Below are positions 61,877-64,000 of a stretch of DNA of 64,000 bases, in pieces (within the stretch, counting starts at the first letter, position 1; every line of letters starts with the position of its first letter). The stretch is from a virus: positions 52,131 to 116,130 of the IMG/VR virus record IMGVR_UViG_3300032893_000010; one strand, 5' to 3'. A program made the position numbers and the translations under genes. Below the pieces are notes generated by a model, which had not been told where the DNA came from, ran no database searches, and worked only from the letters and a program-made list of their open reading frames with translations.

Positions 61877-63472
61877 ATGGAACAAGAAACAGAAGTACAG
61901 GATAAGTTCGATGAGGTAGTCCTGAAAGAGGATGACAAGAGATTCGTTGATGATCTCATCGGCAGGCTGATACTATTATGCAATGAGCTGTTACCTGAAG
62001 GTGATTCTCTCAGACCTTACCAGGTTGAGTTCGCCAGGAGGATTTTCGAGTCCTTGATCATAGATGATGGTGCTACTGTAACGGGTTGTTTCGCACGTCA
62101 GAGCGGAAAATCTGAGACTTTATCTCTTGTGACTGTGGTCTGCTGTATTTTCTTTCCCAGGCTGGCTAAGATATTCCCTCAGTGGCTGGGTAAGTTCAAG
62201 AACGGATTCTGGGTTGGCGCTTTCGCTCCTGTGGATGAGCAGGCCGACAACCTTTTCGGCAGGATAACTGAGAGGGCTACGTCAGAAAGAGCTATGGCCA
62301 TAATGGCCGACTCTGATATAGGAGAGTCACCCGTGTCAAGGGGAAGGCTGCTTAAGTTCCCTGTCTGCAATTCTCTGGTACGTAAGACCACCTGTCATCC
62401 CAAAGCTACTATCGAGGGGCGTACCTATCACTTTATATTAATCGATGAGGCGCAGGGAGCAGACAAGCTAGTAGTAGACAAGAAGATAGCGCCTATGGGC
62501 GCGTCTACTAATGCTTCCATGGTGATGACTGGTACCCCAGCCTATAATAAGGGAGTGTTCTACGATACTATCAGGGAGAACAAGAGACAGGAAGCAAGAG
62601 GGGCTAAGAGGAATAATTTCGAGTACGACTGGAAATCTGTTGCCAAGCATAACCCTCAGTACAAGAAGAAGATAGAAGGCCCTTACGGGGAGAAGAACAG
62701 GCTGGGGGAAGACTCAGATGAGTTCAGGCTATCGTACAGGATTCAGTGGATTCTGGAAAAGGGAATGTTCACGACCTCAGAACGTCTCGATGCTCTGGGT
62801 GACACTTCCATGCAGAGTGTTGTACATGCTTATCACAGGACTCCTATCGTTGCAGGCATTGACGTGGGACGTAAGCAGGACAAGACTGTCGTCACAGCAG
62901 TTTACGTTGACTGGGATAACCCTGATCCTTTCGGTTTGTACTATCATCAGGTACTTAACTGGCTTGATCTCGAAGGAATGGACTGGGAAGAGCAGTATTT
63001 CAGGATAGCTGAGTTCCTGTCTAACTATAACGTGTGGAAGATAGGAATTGACGTCGGCGGCCTGGGTGATGTCGTAGCTCAGAGAATGCAGATTATCATG
63101 CCTCAGACTGAGGTTGTTCCTCTCGGGTCGTCTAATACAGATCAGTCACAGAGATGGAAATACCTGAAACAGCTTCTGGATCACGGCCAGATATCCTGGC
63201 CCGCAGGGGCTAAAGTAAGAAGGCTGAAGAATTACAAGAGATTCAGGACTGAGATGGAAGACCTTGAGATTCATTTCAAGGGACCTTATGTTCTTGCTGA
63301 AGCACCTAAAGTCTCTGACGCACACGACGACTACCCTGATAGTCTTTCTATGGCATGCATACTTTCTCATCTTGAAGGTTCAGAGGAGACAGGAGTAGTC
63401 GAGGTCAGCTCTAACATTCTTTATTCCAAGCCGCAGAAAACCGGAGGTGGCTATCTTCATTCTATGAGGTAG
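61877..63472 (+). CDS. terminase large subunit
   Basis: RPYQ, ARQSGKS, LIDEAQ, GIDVG, HDDYPDS. Confidence 0.93.
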   Translation: MEQETEVQDKFDEVVLKEDDKRFVDDLIGRLILLCNELLPEGDSLRPYQVEFARRIFESLIIDDGATVTGCFARQSGKSETLSLVTVVCCIFFPRLAKIFPQWLGKFKNGFWVGAFAPVDEQADNLFGRITERATSERAMAIMADSDIGESPVSRGRLLKFPVCNSLVRKTTCHPKATIEGRTYHFILIDEAQGADKLVVDKKIAPMGASTNASMVMTGTPAYNKGVFYDTIRENKRQEARGAKRNNFEYDWKSVAKHNPQYKKKIEGPYGEKNRLGEDSDEFRLSYRIQWILEKGMFTTSERLDALGDTSMQSVVHAYHRTPIVAGIDVGRKQDKTVVTAVYVDWDNPDPFGLYYHQVLNWLDLEGMDWEEQYFRIAEFLSNYNVWKIGIDVGGLGDVVAQRMQIIMPQTEVVPLGSSNTDQSQRWKYLKQLLDHGQISWPAGAKVRRLKNYKRFRTEMEDLEIHFKGPYVLAEAPKVSDAHDDYPDSLSMACILSHLEGSEETGVVEVSSNILYSKPQKTGGGYLHSMR

Positions 63473-63532
63473 AATATATGTTAGTAAATTAACACATAAG
63501 CAGATGTGAGAATATAAGCACGAGGATTATAC

Positions 63533-64000
63533 GTGGCCGGAAATTTATGGAGCTGGGGCATTGACTATCAAGGTCAGCCTCTATTAGACGCATGGTGGAC
63601 ACCAGGATGGTCAGCTCAGAATAAAGACTATCCTCAGGTGCCTTTGAATCAGAACGCACCTCAGGGTTTTCCTCAGAATCTTAATTACGTAACTGTCATA
63701 GGAAACTATTTTGATACTCAGGCTAATCCGCTTTCCGGTTACCTGACGTTCTGGCCGTCTTCATCTCTCACTTTCATTCAGAACGGCATAGTAACCTACA
63801 TGCCTCAAAGATTTTCCGGTATCAACCAGACTGTCATCGGCATGAATCAGCTAGGCAGCGAGAGAATATACTTGTGGTATGGCGCTTTGTCGGTATCTCT
63901 TCTGGCGACAGACAACCTTAACATGACTCCTTCCTCTTTTACTTATCACGTAAAAGAAAATTTCAAGGGCGGGAATCAGTATGACATTATCGTTCCCGGA
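63533..64000 (+). CDS. hypothetical (possibly structural) protein, truncated by window end
   Basis: GAGG RBS, GTG start, open to the end of the window. Confidence 0.55.
   Translation, partial: MAGNLWSWGIDYQGQPLLDAWWTPGWSAQNKDYPQVPLNQNAPQGFPQNLNYVTVIGNYFDTQANPLSGYLTFWPSSSLTFIQNGIVTYMPQRFSGINQTVIGMNQLGSERIYLWYGALSVSLLATDNLNMTPSSFTYHVKENFKGGNQYDIIVPG

Overview
64 kb of a large lytic tailed phage, probably infecting Actinobacteria (WhiB, Rpf-like proteins, a DUF1876-like protein and an actinobacterial LexA box), and clearly lower in GC than typical actinomycete hosts. Left to right: (1) a recombination/regulation block (RecA, two resolvase-like nucleases, WhiB, Cas4-like exonuclease, SpoVS); (2) small basic proteins, an Acb2/Tad1-like protein and a TGT-like protein; (3) an accessory region with many TTGACA promoters, a long structured non-coding tract and a UvrD-like helicase; (4) a transcription convergence point with tandem repeats near 28.4 kb; (5) about 29 tRNA genes mixed with HNH genes and structured ncRNAs; (6) a Ro60/TROVE gene; (7) lysis-type genes and the terminase large subunit. 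The main finding is an array of eight Y-RNA-like genes (49.36-51.42 kb) directly upstream of Ro60. All share one covarying closing scaffold but carry different tRNA-derived modules, attached at the T loop, D loop, acceptor ends or anticodon arm, or reduced to a lone anticodon stem-loop. All calls are by eye; no searches or folding programs were run.
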